From sequence record PV654397.1: 64,000 nt of DNA. One strand, written 5' to 3'. Positions within the stretch are counted from its first letter, which is position 1. The number at the start of each line of letters is the position of its first letter. Of the stretch, positions 9,508 to 18,710 are shown one piece after another. The notes beneath the pieces were generated by a model. That model saw nothing but the letters and a program-made list of their open reading frames with translations, did no database searches and was not told where the DNA came from. The translations under genes were made by a program, and so were the position numbers.

Positions 9508-9545
9508 GGACTTTTAATATTGACGGGATTTGAGGAAGGGATTTT

Positions 9546-9971
9546 TCTTCCCCCCGCACGGAGGGAAATTTGACGCTGATGGTATCAGAGCTATTGCATT
9601 GAAGATTACTCATAACGAGTGCGAAAGCGGGTCATCCTGTTTCTCTCTACTTCAGTTTCATATGACGGTCTACACTTTTAAACATAGTGTATCTTCATTA
9701 AGTATCTATGCAATCAAATACTTAATGTGAGTACTCAAATTTTGGACGCAACTTTCCTGTACAAAATTCGATAACTCTCCCTTAGATAATTCGTAAGGTG
9801 TTATCCTTATATGTCTATCGAGGAACCACCAGCTATCCTAACGTGGTTCTTTATACAGCCGCATTGCCGTGAGGGGTTCAAACTATGCCCACATCTAACG
9901 GGTTTCTTTTGCTGTTCGCTACAATGAAAAGCTCATCTATCCTTTACATTTTCAAGTGAAGTAGGGGAAGA
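9546..9971 (+). ncRNA. large structured non-coding RNA candidate (~430 nt), family unassigned
   Basis: ends pair (TCTTCCCC 9546-9553 / GGGGAAGA 9964-9971), nested long-range and many local helices, GNRA loops; G-U pairs favour + strand. Confidence 0.65.
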
Positions 9972-10041
9972 TTGTCAGTACCAGTACTGTCATTGTGATT
10001 GTACATAGATCATTGTATCACCATTAATAAATTTGTCCCAT

Positions 10042-10072
10042 AAAAAAAAGGGCTGACCGAAGTCAACCCTTT
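10042..10072 (-). terminator. intrinsic terminator after sigma gene
   Basis: AGGGTTGAC-TTCG-GTCAGCCCT plus T8. Confidence 0.85.
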
Positions 10073-10076
10073 AATC

Positions 10077-11045
10077 TTAAAAATCTTCGAACTCATAACC
10101 TTTTGTCTTAACCATCTTACGCAGTCGTTCCATTGCTTCAGAGTACTTACGGTGCAATGAAGAACGAGCAGTCATGACCTTACCCTTCTCATCTTCAAAA
10201 CCACTCTCAATGATTTCTCGTAGCGTTTCTGGTTCAGAATAAGAACCAATACCATGTACACGTTCAATCAATTCACGGTCTTTGGCAGATAGGTTACTCA
10301 TCATTTCTGCAATACTTTGTACCAGTGGGGTACTGACAGTTTCTACGCCTAAGTTGTAATCAGGTTCAACTGAAGTAACAATGTCAGATAATGTACTTTC
10401 TGAATCATTACTCATTTTCATATTCAATGCTACATAAGTGTTATTGTAAGTTAGACAATTCTTAACGTGTTGAATCTCAATACCAGTCTCTTTTGACACC
10501 ATCTCAGGAGTTGGGTATTTACCATGTTTCCTTTGATACTCTTCTACACAACGTTTCACATAAATGTTATTAACACTCATATAACGTGGGAAATGCACTA
10601 GATAATTAGCATCTGCACTTTCGTTATAGATTGTCATGTACACAGTTGTTGTTGCATATGTAATGAACTTAACATTTTTGGTAGTGTCGAACGTATGAAT
10701 TGCTCGCATTAAACCTTCAACACCATAAGAAATCTTATCTTCAAATGGGATAAAACATGTACACTTACGTGCAACACTTACTACCATTGGATAGTTGTAG
10801 CGAACCAAAAGGTCAATGTTCTTTTCAACGTCAATACCATCACGCACTGCTTGGATGAGCATTTCATTCGTTATCCCTTTAGGGCGAGTTAAGCTGATAC
10901 CTGTTTTTGGTTTCTCAAACTTGTGACCGTCATGTTCTTCTTCTTCTTCGACGGAATCAAGAGCCTCTAATACGTTGACTTCTTCACTAGCAAAACACTC
11001 ATCCAGTACTTCTTCAGAAATTGCATTTAAATCAAGCTTTTTCAC
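10077..11045 (-). CDS. RNA polymerase sigma70-family factor
   Basis: region 2 LVRYNYPMVVSVARK...EDKISYGVEGLMRAIHTFD...KFITYA; region 3 PTPEMVSKETG; region 4 ETLREI. Confidence 0.9.
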   Translation of the reverse strand: MKKLDLNAISEEVLDECFASEEVNVLEALDSVEEEEEHDGHKFEKPKTGISLTRPKGITNEMLIQAVRDGIDVEKNIDLLVRYNYPMVVSVARKCTCFIPFEDKISYGVEGLMRAIHTFDTTKNVKFITYATTTVYMTIYNESADANYLVHFPRYMSVNNIYVKRCVEEYQRKHGKYPTPEMVSKETGIEIQHVKNCLTYNNTYVALNMKMSNDSESTLSDIVTSVEPDYNLGVETVSTPLVQSIAEMMSNLSAKDRELIERVHGIGSYSEPETLREIIESGFEDEKGKVMTARSSLHRKYSEAMERLRKMVKTKGYEFEDF

Positions 11046-11067
11046 TTACTTCTCCTAATGAATGAAA

Positions 11068-11565
11068 TCAAAAACGGTATACATTAATATTATCATCGGT
11101 ATAGATATCATGGTTATGAACATCCATGAAGGTATCAAATACCTTATCAAGAAGAGTATTATACTCTTCATGTACTGCTGCATCAAGCATGTATTCACCA
11201 CCACTACCCATAAAGAATGTATAATCATTATGGAGATAATCAATCTTCTTGGTAAACTTACCCTTATTAACGATTAAGTGAATGATGTAATCTTTTGACA
11301 CAAGAACACAGTGACAACTCGCCTTGCGGTCTGGTATCACAGTCTCTTGTGAAATCAAGTATCTCAGTACTTTGTTAATTTCACTAACTTCACCGCAAGC
11401 ACTAAACAGTCGGTCGTGTACATACAATGTTTTTTGTGAAACTACACCATAACTAAGTTTTGGTTTCAACGGGAATAGGTTCAAAAATGAACGTTGCTCA
11501 GTTGATGTCACTTTTGAATCAGTAAGTAATACTCCCAAGCGTTTATCAATATAAACAGTTGTCAT
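11068..11565 (-). CDS. Ntn-hydrolase (HslV/proteasome beta-like) protein
   Basis: starts MTT, LTDSKVT, later MGSGG. Confidence 0.6.
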   Translation of the reverse strand: MTTVYIDKRLGVLLTDSKVTSTEQRSFLNLFPLKPKLSYGVVSQKTLYVHDRLFSACGEVSEINKVLRYLISQETVIPDRKASCHCVLVSKDYIIHLIVNKGKFTKKIDYLHNDYTFFMGSGGEYMLDAAVHEEYNTLLDKVFDTFMDVHNHDIYTDDNINVYRF

Positions 11566-11566
11566 A

Positions 11567-11986
11567 TTAAACCTTATCTAAAAATTTATCATAGATATAA
11601 AATTCTTTATCGTTGAATACATTAATTCTAGTATCGAAGCGTTGTAGTGTATTCATGTATAATGAACTTTTTAAATAAAAATACAATGCAACAAATTCAG
11701 ATATATGCATATTCTTTTTATTATTACATAAATTCTTTAGCATTTCAATGCTATCAAAATCATCTTTATCATACCTGTACTGGTAAAAATTATATCTATT
11801 GAACTGACACTCATAGATACGAAGTGCCATTATGTCAATACATGCTTTAGATTTACAGTACTTATTCAATACGTCATAATCACCCACACATAATGCTACA
11901 AAGATTTTATGTGCAAGCGTAGCTTTACCTTCAATAGTATAATAACCAAAGAACTTACTGATTAAGTAATGTATAAATCTAAGCAT
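11567..11986 (-). CDS. hypothetical protein
   Basis: 139-aa ORF. Confidence 0.65.
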   Translation of the reverse strand: MLRFIHYLISKFFGYYTIEGKATLAHKIFVALCVGDYDVLNKYCKSKACIDIMALRIYECQFNRYNFYQYRYDKDDFDSIEMLKNLCNNKKNMHISEFVALYFYLKSSLYMNTLQRFDTRINVFNDKEFYIYDKFLDKV

Positions 11987-11991
11987 TGGAT

Positions 11992-12252
11992 TTAGAATTT
12001 CTCCGAAATTACCAGTGTATCATCATAGTCATCAGCAACGGAGTTCAGTACTTCCAAATTACTTTCACCAGAAATACTTTGTACTTCGTTCAAAAGATAG
12101 TTTAGATCAACAGTTGTTACTTTTTCTGAATCAAACACACAGAAAGTCAATTCAGCGTTTGGACAGATCTTCTTCAGATTATCAGCAACAACTTGTTTGA
12201 AGTTAAAAGATGGGGAAGCAACCAGGTTAACTGCAACGAGAATAGATTTCAT
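11992..12252 (-). CDS. hypothetical protein
   Basis: 86 aa, AGGA SD. Confidence 0.75.
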   Translation of the reverse strand: MKSILVAVNLVASPSFNFKQVVADNLKKICPNAELTFCVFDSEKVTTVDLNYLLNEVQSISGESNLEVLNSVADDYDDTLVISEKF

Positions 12253-12326
12253 AATGTTTTCCTTTTTAGCTGATAATTAAATTAGGAGCACATTGTACTC
12301 CATGTTATTGGTTAAGTCAAATACTT

Positions 12327-12578
12327 TTAGATACCGAGTACTGAATTCAATTCTTTACGCTTGTTATATGAATCAGATTCAAACTTGCTTTTCTTATTGA
12401 AAAGGGATTCGATATCCTTATAGATAGCTTCGATGGATTTAGTTACAACCCATTCGGATTCCTGAAGCATAGCTTGAAGACGTGCGTACTCAACTTTGAT
12501 AGTACTGCGAAGTTCTTCACAAGCTTCTTCGTTCTTAATTAGTGCTTCACTAAGTTCTTTGACCTTATCGATGTTCAT
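12327..12578 (-). CDS. coiled-coil hypothetical protein
   Basis: 83 aa helical, AGGA SD. Confidence 0.75.
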   Translation of the reverse strand: MNIDKVKELSEALIKNEEACEELRSTIKVEYARLQAMLQESEWVVTKSIEAIYKDIESLFNKKSKFESDSYNKRKELNSVLGI

Positions 12579-12637
12579 AAGTTCCTTACCATTTCCCAGT
12601 TTTGATGTAATAATTATATATGACTCAATAACTCACG

Positions 12638-13063
12638 TCAACTGTTTTCCGTACCTTTCTCTGCCATTTTGGTGATGTGCCATTTGAGTACTGATTTGTG
12701 TACCATAAAAAATGTGAATGCAAAGACTGTAATGGCTGCTGAAGTAACACTATTAGATAAAGACCCAAGTTGGATGTTAGTACCTAAAATAACAATAAAT
12801 GGATACAACACAATCAATCTACTGTAAGGTTCGTCTCCAGTATCACGGATAAATCCCAGCCTTTCATGATCAGTATCCATAGTGACAATTGGACAGAACA
12901 TAAGTGCAGACATAACAGCAATACCAATTTGTGCTACATTGGCAATTGTAAACCACAAAGGATTTAAACCATATGAAATGTTGTTTTCAGTACAGTAATA
13001 TCCAAATGTATTGATTGCACAAACTAAAAATACAAAAATACAAATCTTATTGTATCCCCTCAT
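12638..13063 (-). CDS. putative membrane protein
   Basis: four hydrophobic segments. Confidence 0.7.
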   Translation of the reverse strand: MRGYNKICIFVFLVCAINTFGYYCTENNISYGLNPLWFTIANVAQIGIAVMSALMFCPIVTMDTDHERLGFIRDTGDEPYSRLIVLYPFIVILGTNIQLGSLSNSVTSAAITVFAFTFFMVHKSVLKWHITKMAEKGTENS

Positions 13064-13497
13064 TTGTTTAGCTCCGTTAATTTTCGTTTAACTTCAAGAT
13101 CATAATACTCATCAGCATATAAGTTTTGAACAGTTCTTGTATATTCCAACATAACAAACATAGAACCACACACCCACAGATAAGTATAGTAATCAAATAC
13201 AAAAGCATAGATAATACATGGTATTAAAATAAATGTAAACACAAAACTATATCTCTTAGTACCGAATACTTTAACAAAAAGCAGACGGCGGCAATCACGT
13301 GCAAATGTATGAATACATATAGAAAATATAATCAATGAATACCATGAAATGCCCTGGATTACACCTGAAACATTTACAAGTTTATGTCCGTCTGGAAACC
13401 CCAGTGCATTAAGCACTGGAGCCATAACCCAACCAATAATAGCAATAAGAAATAGATACTTTGCATTGCTAAGTGTGAACATTATTTCAGTCCCCAT
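13060..13497 (-). CDS. putative membrane protein
   Basis: four hydrophobic segments. Confidence 0.7.
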   Translation of the reverse strand: MGTEIMFTLSNAKYLFLIAIIGWVMAPVLNALGFPDGHKLVNVSGVIQGISWYSLIIFSICIHTFARDCRRLLFVKVFGTKRYSFVFTFILIPCIIYAFVFDYYTYLWVCGSMFVMLEYTRTVQNLYADEYYDLEVKRKLTELNK

Positions 13498-13940
13498 GCC
13501 TTTTTAATAGCATCCACTGCGTTCTGGTCTACGACTTCCTGTTTAGTAGCACTGGTTTGTAGTTTATCAATTACATAGTTCTTAGCATCTTTTTCAATCA
13601 TAAACTTACCATCAACTAAACACCCAAATACTTTAGAGTTACGTGCTGGGTATGTCCCGATTTCATCAAGAGTACGAACTTTTTTATCAACTACAATTGC
13701 TTTGATGTAACCAGTTTCCAGTACTGTAGTGATGACAGTCATTTCGATTGCAATTGGTGACTCTTCCCAGAATGCAATCCACTTGGTGAAGCTGCGGTCC
13801 GGTGAATCTTTTGTTGGCTTCAGTTTAATTGCACTGTTGAAAATGTACTGCTTGAATCCATCTTCAACCACTTCACTGATACTTAGGTAACCTTCACGTT
13901 CTTCTGCGTTGCGTTTGAATTGAGTAGCTAATACGTCCAT
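13482..13940 (-). CDS. hypothetical protein
   Basis: 152 aa, GAGG SD. Confidence 0.8.
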   Translation of the reverse strand: MDVLATQFKRNAEEREGYLSISEVVEDGFKQYIFNSAIKLKPTKDSPDRSFTKWIAFWEESPIAIEMTVITTVLETGYIKAIVVDKKVRTLDEIGTYPARNSKVFGCLVDGKFMIEKDAKNYVIDKLQTSATKQEVVDQNAVDAIKKAWGLK

Positions 13941-13977
13941 CGTTAAATCCTCTTGTCAGTTATTGCGGTACGAAGCT

Positions 13978-14007
13978 ATTATACTGCCATTTACTATTTG
14001 GAGTCAA
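13978..14007 (-). promoter_or_regulatory. sigma70-type promoter
   Basis: TTGACT-18-TATAAT. Confidence 0.65.
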
Positions 14008-14437
14008 CACATTTCAACAAGTATTTTTCTATGTATCTTATATGTGATGGTGGTAACAGTAAGTTTTCGTATCTAACTCTGTACACACTACAATCGCCTA
14101 GATGAAAGTGACTGGTAGGATACAAGTCACTTCTAATACTAACACGTTTACGATTATCAGTAAAGTTAATTAATGATTTTGGATTGTTATTAGCATGAGT
14201 TCTTACAAAGTATTCAATTTCATTGAGTGCTTTTTCGTCGTATACATACTTGTCAAACACACCTAGTGTAAAGTACCTTGGATGGTACATATATGAGAAT
14301 AACAATGCAGGAATATACTTCTTTATCCCTTCGTGTTTTGCAATAGCTGAAGCATATGCAAAATGTGATGCATCAGAGAAGATGTTAAGAAAAATGAAAT
14401 ATGACACTAATAAACCTAGAATCAGCAAAAGTGTCAT
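13994..14437 (-). CDS. hypothetical protein with N-terminal TM helix
   Basis: 147 aa. Confidence 0.7.
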   Translation of the reverse strand: MTLLLILGLLVSYFIFLNIFSDASHFAYASAIAKHEGIKKYIPALLFSYMYHPRYFTLGVFDKYVYDEKALNEIEYFVRTHANNNPKSLINFTDNRKRVSIRSDLYPTSHFHLGDCSVYRVRYENLLLPPSHIRYIEKYLLKCVDSK

Positions 14438-14898
14438 TCAAAACCTCTGTATTTTTCATATACTTCAACACATTCCATGATCTTGTCATCATCGGTCATG
14501 TCATAACCCTGAAGAAATTCTTCTTTATCAACCTTAGCAGCCATCATGTCATCATCCGAGATCCTCGAATCATAGAATGTGTACATATCTTTATAGTACT
14601 GCTTGTTGTGCTGTTCATCCTTAACCTTAGCATACCCAGCACAAAACGATGGCGATTTGACTACATTCCATTTATGCTTTTTGATAGGCTTATCATTAGC
14701 ATGTTTTTCACGGTATTGCTGGCGGTAACGTTCACGCATCTCAGGCATGTATTCTTCAGCAGTACGTTTTGGTTGGGCTTTCCCTGTTCCAATAGTCTTG
14801 ATTGTTTGACGCTGGTCTTCCGCATGTACTGGTGCAACAAAGCAGGAAGTACTGAATACAACAGCAGTGATTACTAGAAAGTGTTTAAACATAATCAA
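14434..14898 (-). CDS. putative secreted protein
   Basis: signal-peptide-like leader ending VHA. Confidence 0.7.
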   Translation of the reverse strand: MIMFKHFLVITAVVFSTSCFVAPVHAEDQRQTIKTIGTGKAQPKRTAEEYMPEMRERYRQQYREKHANDKPIKKHKWNVVKSPSFCAGYAKVKDEQHNKQYYKDMYTFYDSRISDDDMMAAKVDKEEFLQGYDMTDDDKIMECVEVYEKYRGFE

Positions 14899-15122
14899 AC
14901 CTCTTTTACAATAATGTCGATTTGCACAGGAATAGCAATCTCACTGTTGCATGAATAAACATCTGCACAGTACTCAATATCTAGTACTTCATAGTATTTT
15001 TCAAAGCCACAGATTGTAAGATTCAACGTAGCACCAATAGCTGGCAATACGGGAAAGGATAAAAATGCAATTTTAGAATTAAATTCTTCATTAATATCTT
15101 GATATACAGTTGCCTGAATCAT
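14895..15122 (-). CDS. hypothetical protein
   Basis: 75 aa, coupled. Confidence 0.7.
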   Translation of the reverse strand: MIQATVYQDINEEFNSKIAFLSFPVLPAIGATLNLTICGFEKYYEVLDIEYCADVYSCNSEIAIPVQIDIIVKEV

Positions 15123-15703
15123 AATGGTAACTCCTGAAGTGGTTTAATAATACTCAGTACTGGGTGATTTTCAATCATTGGTCGCCCTGGTACACCTGTT
15201 AGCACAACTGGAATCGAACTAATGTCTTTTACATAGTTGAATCCCTCAAATGTGAATTCTTGCTTTTTCTCATTATACAATACCCACAGAATAACGTCAG
15301 CTTTTTTCTGTATATTTTTCAACTGTCGAGTACTAACACATGGTCCAAAGTCGGTCCACGATTTGTACTTGATACCTTTCACTTCAATTCTTAAGTTGTT
15401 TACTTTGATATCACATTCCCCATCACGTCCATCACTTTGGAACGCTGGATCGATGTTAAGTGCAATACCTGAATAGTTTTCAATTTCATTAAAAAGTACA
15501 AATGACGCATGTTCACATACCATCCCCACAAAATGACTGTGAGCGTGATTAAATCCATACGGCGATTTACTTGCAGGTGCAAGAATCTTATATCGTTCAG
15601 ATTTCTCAATTGCTTTAGCCATAAAAGAATCAGCTTCATCTTTGTATAGCTTAACAGTCATTTTACCATTTTTCAGTACTAAACGTTTTTCTACAACACT
15701 CAT
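15119..15703 (-). CDS. putative PD-(D/E)XK nuclease-fold protein
   Basis: GMVCEHA...DG.CDIKVNNLRIEVKG pattern. Confidence 0.55.
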   Translation of the reverse strand: MSVVEKRLVLKNGKMTVKLYKDEADSFMAKAIEKSERYKILAPASKSPYGFNHAHSHFVGMVCEHASFVLFNEIENYSGIALNIDPAFQSDGRDGECDIKVNNLRIEVKGIKYKSWTDFGPCVSTRQLKNIQKKADVILWVLYNEKKQEFTFEGFNYVKDISSIPVVLTGVPGRPMIENHPVLSIIKPLQELPL

Positions 15704-15730
15704 AAAATCCCCTTATTGATATTCCATTTA

Positions 15731-15759
15731 AGTATACGTCAAAAACACAACTCAGTCAA
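15731..15759 (-). promoter_or_regulatory. sigma70-type promoter (divergent)
   Basis: TTGACT-17-TATACT. Confidence 0.75.
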
Positions 15760-15780
15760 GGTGCTTTTTTACCTATCTAG

Positions 15781-15788
15781 AATAAATA
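15781..15788 (+). promoter_or_regulatory. T4 late-promoter-like element
   Basis: AATAAATA (cf. TATAAATA) ~30 nt before the only clear + strand gene. Confidence 0.5.
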
Positions 15789-15819
15789 CGTTATAATAAT
15801 TATACCAATGGAGGGGTGA

Positions 15820-16977
15820 ATGTCAAGATCGATTGCTGCTGCTGGACGATATAAGTTCGGTGAATGTGGTTATATAGTCGATGGTGCAATTCTCAACGAT
15901 GGGACTAAACTCAAAAATGTTCGAATCTATCGTCAGAGAAGCCATAGATTATATGATTTACTTGATCCTGTAAGTAATGTAATTTATCGTAAAGTACAAA
16001 TTACAACAAAGGATATACAAGGATATCAATTAAACTACAACAAAACTAATGACCAAATCCTAAGTGAAATAAGAAAGAACTCTTTTTTCGTAAGAGGATA
16101 CTCAGATGCTAAACTTGAATCAGATCCTACTGGGTTTGTTTATAAGTTTCTTTTGCACAAAACAATTCTAGGTAGTTCACAAACACTATATAATATGTAC
16201 ACCCCTGAATGCGGGATTATAGATAGAGATATAGACAACATCCTTATGTTCCCAACGTTCGTAGGTGATGATTTGGTAGGTGGTCGCCTATTCAACGCAG
16301 GTTCAGCCATTGATACAACTGGAATGCGTATTACCGTTATACTTCCTGACGGAACCGAGTACTTCACAACTGAAATAATTGATGATGTTTTTAGTATTCC
16401 AGTTGATCCAATTACTCAATCCGGTAAAGGAACCATCATACTCACTTCTGACATATATAATACCAAAACTATTGAATTTGATATACTAGAAAACGGCGAA
16501 GATATTGACTTCGTTACTTCAGTACTTCTATCTCAGTTTGAGTACACGTCCGATGGTATGTACATGGCAACTGTACCAGCTACTGTGCATGAGCGTGGTG
16601 AGTATCTTGCTCTACAAGCATACAGTGGTGATTTATTCCAAATTGGAGTAGACCTCATTGTAGATCCTAGCGGTAATATTACTGTGTACCAAACTGATGA
16701 TGCTCCAATCTCATTGAGTATTATTGGTAAAACCTTACACACCACTCCATATCACAACACGTATACTGATAGTGATTGGGTAGATGATGGTGATTCTATG
16801 TACACACTGTCCATTCCTGCCAGTGAACATGGTAAAATCCTCCCACAAGTTCAAGTCTATGCTGAAGACAATCACGTTGTACTAAGTGAAGTTGAACTAG
16901 ATGCCGATGATAATGTTGTATTAAAAGTTGTTGAACCATTTGGCTGTACTGTAGTCATTGTTGGTTATAACGCATAA
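15820..16977 (+). CDS. putative virion structural protein with two C-terminal beta-rich repeats
   Basis: 385 aa, GGAGG SD, repeats YMATVPATVHE.../YTLSIPASEHG...; late-like promoter. Confidence 0.75.
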   Translation: MSRSIAAAGRYKFGECGYIVDGAILNDGTKLKNVRIYRQRSHRLYDLLDPVSNVIYRKVQITTKDIQGYQLNYNKTNDQILSEIRKNSFFVRGYSDAKLESDPTGFVYKFLLHKTILGSSQTLYNMYTPECGIIDRDIDNILMFPTFVGDDLVGGRLFNAGSAIDTTGMRITVILPDGTEYFTTEIIDDVFSIPVDPITQSGKGTIILTSDIYNTKTIEFDILENGEDIDFVTSVLLSQFEYTSDGMYMATVPATVHERGEYLALQAYSGDLFQIGVDLIVDPSGNITVYQTDDAPISLSIIGKTLHTTPYHNTYTDSDWVDDGDSMYTLSIPASEHGKILPQVQVYAEDNHVVLSEVELDADDNVVLKVVEPFGCTVVIVGYNA

Positions 16978-16978
16978 C

Positions 16979-17010
16979 AAAAAAGCCACTACATTGTAGT
17001 GGCTTTTCTT
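16979..17010. terminator. bidirectional intrinsic terminator
   Basis: AAAAGCCACTAC-ATT-GTAGTGGCTTTT between convergent genes. Confidence 0.85.
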
Positions 17011-17021
17011 TTATCTATATC

Positions 17022-17837
17022 TTATTTGAAGTTTTTACGTAGAACTTCTTCCAGTGTTTGTTCTGGATTAGCAATTGCAACAGTGTAAATCAAATCTTTG
17101 AATGCCTGTACTGCTTGCTCAGTTGCTTCTTTACCGAAGTTTGCTGAAATACTGCTAAACATATTTTCAGCACGTTCAGAACTAATTAGTTCATTAACAA
17201 AGGTATCAATCTCTTTTTTGAGTTGTCCAGTTGTCATGTCACCAATTAGCATTTCATCAACTTCTGGCTTTTCATCAGTACTAACACGTACATTTGTAAA
17301 GCCAAATACATCATCCAGTGAACCAAAACTATGTTTAACTTTAGTAACAATAGATGGCTTAGTGCGTTCTACTGGTTCTTCTTGTTTCTCGTCAGAATCA
17401 GTACTTGATTCGTATGGCTTGGTGAACATATGAGTGAGAACGTCATCAATGTTTTTAATCATACCTTCAACACGTTCTTCAGTTTTCTTAGTAACTTCTT
17501 TGAATGCTTGCTCAAGTAGACGATCTTGAACTGTAGTACGTACATCACCAACAACACCACGTAATTTTTCATTACACTGGTCTAGAATTGATAATAGTTC
17601 ACCACTTTTAATTTTGTCAACCAATAAATCAAGGTCAGATTTAACTTCAGGTTTCTTCTCAATACCATTTAGTAAGCTGTTAAGCTCTTGAGCACCCTCA
17701 ATCGCTTCTTGATGACTGGTAAATTGAACAGGCACATCAACACCATCTAGAACGATATTGAGTACTTTACCATCTACATAAGCGTAAGAGTAAGATTCTT
17801 TTTTGAAGGAAATGGTTTTGAAGAAAATGTTGCTCAT
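17022..17837 (-). CDS. hypothetical protein
   Basis: 271 aa, GGAG SD. Confidence 0.8.
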   Translation of the reverse strand: MSNIFFKTISFKKESYSYAYVDGKVLNIVLDGVDVPVQFTSHQEAIEGAQELNSLLNGIEKKPEVKSDLDLLVDKIKSGELLSILDQCNEKLRGVVGDVRTTVQDRLLEQAFKEVTKKTEERVEGMIKNIDDVLTHMFTKPYESSTDSDEKQEEPVERTKPSIVTKVKHSFGSLDDVFGFTNVRVSTDEKPEVDEMLIGDMTTGQLKKEIDTFVNELISSERAENMFSSISANFGKEATEQAVQAFKDLIYTVAIANPEQTLEEVLRKNFK

Positions 17838-17848
17838 ATTGTTACTCC

Positions 17849-18190
17849 TTATTTCCCAGATGCTGGGTATGTTTTAAACATATAGTGACATTGTACTAAA
17901 TCATTGAATTTCAATCCAAAATCTTTAGTACCCATCAGTGTGTGATAAAAATAATGTGAAATCTCATTGGTTTCTGCATCTTTAATATAGATACCGAACT
18001 CGGTACAGCAGAACTGAACGACTTCATTATAACCTACTAATTTCGAAACAACAAGTACTTGATCATAAGAATTTGCATCAAAACGAATGATATACATATC
18101 TTCAGTTTCAGGATGCACAATCATACCACCACGTGAAATGATTTTGACAAAATTCTCGCTCAAGTACTGAATTGTTGAACTCATGTCCAT
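17849..18190 (-). CDS. hypothetical protein
   Basis: 113 aa. Confidence 0.7.
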   Translation of the reverse strand: MDMSSTIQYLSENFVKIISRGGMIVHPETEDMYIIRFDANSYDQVLVVSKLVGYNEVVQFCCTEFGIYIKDAETNEISHYFYHTLMGTKDFGLKFNDLVQCHYMFKTYPASGK

Positions 18191-18400
18191 CTACGACTCC
18201 TTGCGTATAACACGTCCTGTTAAGTGCTCGTCTGCACAGAACTTCATTATAAATGCCTTAAGATAGAAGTTGTCTAAGATGCGGTATGCTTGCTTCTTCA
18301 TAACAACTTCCTTCTTTTCTACATCTACAATTATATCATGTTCTTCATGAAGTTCCTGGATCATTTTGTAAGTTTGGAAATTTAGTACGCTCATAACCAC
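18191..18400 (-). CDS. hypothetical protein
   Basis: 69 aa. Confidence 0.65.
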   Translation of the reverse strand: MVMSVLNFQTYKMIQELHEEHDIIVDVEKKEVVMKKQAYRILDNFYLKAFIMKFCADEHLTGRVIRKES

Positions 18401-18710
18401 CTATATCCTCCATTTCCCATAAAATTCCAATCGCAACTGAAAGATCATGGTGAATTTGAAAATAGCCATTTGCAGCAGTGTAGATATAACCATGCTTGGT
18501 TATTGCATAACCCCACTTCTTACTCTCCGAATGCATCTCACGCTTCAATGCATATGGTGAGCGGGGTAGCTTCTCTGGCTCTGGCTCACGGTTTTCGTTG
18601 TAAATCTCTTGTTCGATTCTCAACGCTTTATGATATGAGTATACATGAATTAGACGACAAAGTACAATAGTAATACAACAAATAATTGTAAAATATATCA
18701 GATTAATCAT
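18345..18710 (-). CDS. hypothetical protein with N-terminal TM helix
   Basis: 121 aa. Confidence 0.65.
   Translation of the reverse strand: MINLIYFTIICCITIVLCRLIHVYSYHKALRIEQEIYNENREPEPEKLPRSPYALKREMHSESKKWGYAITKHGYIYTAANGYFQIHHDLSVAIGILWEMEDIGGYERTKFPNLQNDPGTS

Noticed and set aside
9519-9534. TTGACGGGATTTG resembles the 5' part of enterobacterial tmRNA
   Set aside because: No GGGG 5' acceptor with G3-U70, no T-arm/CCA 3' end and no tag ORF; the TTGAC belongs to a local inverted repeat around a promoter.
9530-9730. 66-aa + strand ORF
   Set aside because: TTG start, no convincing RBS, lies within the densely paired RNA.
9546-9971. RNase P RNA or group I/II intron identity for the large RNA
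   Set aside because: CAGGAAAG (- strand) is misplaced and there is no matching P4 3' strand; no group II domain V or group I P7 consensus seen; not inside a gene.
11992-12252. Degenerate vWA-like protein
   Set aside because: No DxSxS MIDAS motif and too short; kept as hypothetical.
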